A DNA stretch of 64,000 bases from positions 156,178,001 to 156,242,000 of the forward strand of contig OZ024741.1 in the NCBI GenBank assembly GCA_964016885.1, read 5' to 3'. Of the stretch, positions 59,657-64,000 are shown piece after piece (position 1 is the stretch's first letter; every line of letters begins with the position of its first letter). The position numbers and the translations under genes are program-made. Below the pieces are notes generated by a model. The model did not search any database. It was not told the DNA's origin and worked only from the letters and a program-made list of their open reading frames with translations. This DNA is from Eledone cirrhosa. Taxonomy: Eukaryota.

Positions 59657-61455
59657 ATTTATGTATGTATTTAAACATGTAAATGTGTGTGTTTGTGTTG
59701 AGCATGCGCGCGCGTTCGTGTGTACAAACTCCCTGATATATTCCCTAGCTACTGCAAAGGGATTAATGTTAATTCAATTCAGAAATTTTACAAAATTCCT
59801 CCCATTTACTATTCTTTACAAATTGTCAGTAATTAATATTATTTCTTAAATAACAATATGCTTTCACTACTAAAACTTATTTTTTTCCTCATTATATTAT
59901 TTTCTTTGTCCGAGAACATCGTCGCTTGACTTTACAAATAACGTCATCTTACAATATTTAAGACCTTAAAACAACTTTCGATTTAATATAGCCTATTGTA
60001 TTAGACGTTTCTTTACTATCTTTGCGAGTTTTTCTTTTATTTTCTTTCATTTTTGCTTTTTCATAATTTTATTTAATTTTATTCTTTTTATAATTTTTTA
60101 TTATTATTTAAATTTTTATTCTTTTGGGGAATGTATTTATGTTTATAATCTTATTTTTATTTTTATTTATTTTAATTTTACATTATTTCTTGTTACTTCT
60201 ATTTCCTTTGTTATTATGTTTATTTTTCTCTCTTGTGATTCAAGCTATTGAATATTCCAACACACTATAATTACAGACAATCACACACACGCACGTACAC
60301 ACACACAGACACACACACACACACTTAATAACATACGCAGATTTTGTTATAATACTTGTACATTGTTATTGTTTGAAAAACAATATAATTGTGTATGCTT
60401 CTGCTACCACTAGCACAACAATTCAAGCTGTGGAACTGAAGCGGGCTTCTTGTCAATACTAATGCCAGTTAATTGATGCTAATTATATACTTCTATAATC
60501 ACATTTTGCTGTCGGTCTATGTCTTCTGGAATATAATATGGATCGGTGCGTTTCATAATCTTTATCTTTGCGTAATTATAAATCGGATTTTATTAATACA
60601 AACTGCATTGCTACATCGTTGTATTATATAAAATTCTTCCTTTCTGTTTACTTTCAAATTATTCTCGAATTGGAAATCTGTTACTTCTACGTGATTGCTC
60701 GCATTAGTAGAAACAACAGCTGATTTCCACCCGAACCAAATTCTAGCAGCTTGGAAAGGAAGGCTAATTAGTATAACGTTTTACTAGATACTTTGTGTGA
60801 AAATAAGACGGGATGTGAGAATGGAAGTAAATTCATGATGCTAATGGCAGATGCTAATGGCAGATAATTGATGTTAATTAAATACTTTCCTGATCATATT
60901 TTGCCGTTAAAATATGGCAATCGCTGCTAGAATATAATATGGATTATTGCCTTTTGTTATCGTTACCTTTGAGTTTTTTTTAATTTTTAACAATACAAAC
61001 TGTTCTACTTCACTTTAGAGTATTATATAAAAACCATCTTTCATATTATATTCTTTCAACTTAGTAACATGTATTCACGGAATAATAAAAGCGCTATGCA
61101 ATTTTATAGATTAGATAATAAGCGTAAATTATCTTGCTTTTAACTGATTAACACGGAACTGGTTCACTTTCTGTTAGATGTCTTTTAAATCATTTGAAAA
61201 TAATTTCTATTTTCACAGTTGTTAGATAATCGACACACCCTGTATGTATGCACTCGCAGATAAATATACATACGTGCATACATATGATCCCCAACACAGA
61301 CACATAAAATATGTTTGTATGTATGTCTATAAATAGTGATATATGTGCATGAGTGTGTTTATATGTATACACACATGCGCATATATATTTACATACGTAA
61401 ACAAATATACATATACATATGTATGCATGTATGTATGTATGTATGCATGTATGTA

Positions 61456-61552
<97 letters not shown>

Positions 61553-61610
61553 TTATGCAGATGTATATGCGGGTATATAAATATATATACATTTATATAT
61601 ATATATAATG

Positions 61611-61706
<96 letters not shown>

Positions 61707-62709
61707 CACTCACATATATATATATATACACTCACATATATATATATATACATAGGATGCTTGCAAACTTACATACACACATATGTATATATGTCCATAC
61801 TCTGTATCAATTAGATGAGTTAATCTTGTATTTTAAAGCATGCCTACACTCCTGCAAACTAAAAGTAAATTATACCCCATAACATCCTCCCATACCGCAA
61901 CATCAATCGGATTAAATCCAGTTAAATGAATCTGAGAAGTTTTCCCATGCATTGCATATAGATTTTAAAATTCTATCTATTTATTTGTTTGTTTATTATA
62001 ATCATTATTATTATTAGTATTATTATTGTTGTTGTTTGCTATTTTTAACCCTTTACGTGGTGATGCAGATCCAGAAAATCACCAGCGCTTAGTAATATTT
62101 ACATCTCATTTGCTAATGTATCTTTGATTCTTTTATTAAGTATGTTTCAAACCCTACCTATCCTATCCCCACCATAGCATCACGTCACACTAATCCAATC
62201 ATTTCATTGTTCACTCCCTCCCGCCACCATTCACTCAAATGATTACAACAAATTATAGCTTTATATTTTGACGTCATTGATCCCTTCATAGTTGTGTCTC
62301 TTATTTACTTATTTATTTATTCTATTTAGTTAACCTGTTTTTGTTTCTTGTTTCTTTATTTTACTTCATGAGGAGTTTCAGATATTTCATCTCACTAAGC
62401 CATCTCACTTAACTTAAATAGTTCTGCAAGAGTGATTAGTTTCATCCGTTCTTTATTAGAGTTAAAAACTCTTATTAATGGTTCGACTTGCTAAAGCATT
62501 TAGTTGGAAAATATTTATTTCGCTCTTCTTATTATTCTTTTAGAAAAATAGAAAATAACTGTATAAATGATCCAACCATTTCATTCTACTTCTGAAAGTA
62601 CTACGAATTTACAAAAAAGTTATCATCTATATATTTCTTTTTTAATAATTAATATTTTTCAGCATATTCACTTCAAATTAAAATTAAGCACATACATGAT
62701 TGTATATGT

Positions 62710-62865
62710 GTGTAGTTAAGAAGTTCGCTTCGCAAACGAAATGTAGTTTCGGGTTCAGTTACATTGCGTGGTGCTTTGAGTGAGTGTCTTCTATTATTGT
62801 CAATCACAAGTTGACCAACCATTGTGAGTGGAATTTAGTTGACGGGAAGTTTGTAGAAACCCTTT
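62710..62865 (+). mobile_element. Degenerate tRNA-type SINE, second family
   Basis: agttaagaagttcgcttc..cgggttcagttacattgcgtgg..gtgtcttcta resembles a common octopod SINE (recalled, not searched). Confidence 0.5.
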
Positions 62866-63435
62866 GTGCATATAATACGTATGTAAGTGAGCTTCCCCTA
62901 AGATAGCTGTTCAACAAAACGAGTTCAAAACATTACGTACCAGCCATATACTACTGGTGTTGATATAATCAACTATTTGAGCACACACCTAAACCAAAAT
63001 CAATAGGGGTAATCACCAAGGGGGCAAGTAACTGACCTCATTAAACTACATTATGAGTGAGTATCAGTTCCTGCCTCTCGCTTTTCATTGAACACTTAGT
63101 TACAACAGGTCTGCATGCAATATTGGATCACATGCCGTGACATAAGTATACTTTCTGGCTAGGCTAATGTTTACTAGGACCTCCTCCACCGTCTTCAATC
63201 AGGCCTGGAGCAATTAGTGCTCTCCACCGAACATAGGGTTGCATATCCTATCATAAACCTGCTACCAGGCCAGGGGACAATGTTTACTAGATCCTCTACC
63301 ACAGGCCTCAATGAAATCTTTAGAAGTCTGCGTCGGCTCCTATGGCTCCTCCACTATAACTTCAAACGAGGAGATAGGTGTAAATTATAAACATTATGAA
63401 AGAAAGGAAGTGAGATGATCATCAAATTGAGCAAA

Positions 63436-64000
63436 GGAAGCAATGTTTCCATTGGTCTTTACATTGTTGATACTATCAGCAGATCACCAGATCGGACCAA
63501 GGAAGCAATGTTTCCATTGGTCTTTACATTGTTGATACTATCAGCAGATCACCAGATCGGACCAAGGAAGCAATGTTTCCGTTGGTCTTTACATTGTTGA
63601 TACTATCAGCAGATCACCAGATCGGACCAAGGAAGCAATGTTTCCGTTGGTCTTTACATTGTTGATACTATCAGCAGATCACCAGATCGGACCAAGGAAG
63701 TAATGTTTCCATTGGTCTTTACATTGTTGATACTAGCAGCAGATCACCAGATCGGACCAAGGAAGCAATGTTTCCATTGGTCTTTACATTGTTGATACTA
63801 GCAGCAGATCACCAGATCGGACCAAGGAAGTAATGTTTCCATTGGTCTTTACATTGTTGATACTATCAGCAGATCACCAGATCGGACCAAGGAAGCAATG
63901 TTTCCGTTGGTCTTTACATTGTTGATACTATCAGCAGATCACCAGATCGGACCAAGGAAGCAATGTTTCCGTTGGTCTTTAGATTGTTGATACTATCAGC
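63436..64000. repeat. 65-bp tandem repeat, at least 8.7 units, running off the window
   Basis: The unit starts ggaag at 63436, 63501, 63566 and so on to 63956. Only a few variant positions. Confidence 0.97.

Noticed and set aside
60460-61065. Old degenerate duplication with a period of about 400 bp (gaatataatatggat; aatacaaactg)
   Set aside because: Too decayed, with stops in the shared frame, to assign coding or other function.
63436-64000. CRISPR array or hammerhead satellite
   Set aside because: There are no unique spacers and the context is eukaryotic. The minus-strand CUGGUGA..UAAA resemblance needs three core changes and has no stem I.

Overview
Gene-free, microsatellite-rich animal genomic DNA made almost entirely of retroelements. 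The tRNA-type SINEs look like those of octopod cephalopods, recognised from memory rather than by search. No host gene is supportable. Bases 1-16.5 kb are a nest in an (AAT)n tract: R4/Dong-type restriction-like-endonuclease (RLE) LINEs lie on the + strand and Tx1/L1-type AP-endonuclease (APE) LINEs on the - strand, one of them full-length. A second R4/Dong lineage occurs only in (TACA)n. The rest is dominated by Penelope-like elements (PLEs) in (TA)n: two decayed Hydra-type copies, one nearly intact RT-GIY-YIG copy, and many non-coding fold-back derivatives carrying type I hammerhead ribozyme (HHR) motifs. There are also RTE fragments, a hAT-like remnant, SINEs and a 65-bp minisatellite. The most striking signal is an HHR-bearing hairpin at 45.5-45.8 kb. 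Its arms differ at 32 of 109 positions, and 31 of these are A>G on the same strand, which looks like ADAR hyper-editing fixed in DNA by reverse transcription. All counts and alignments were done by eye.
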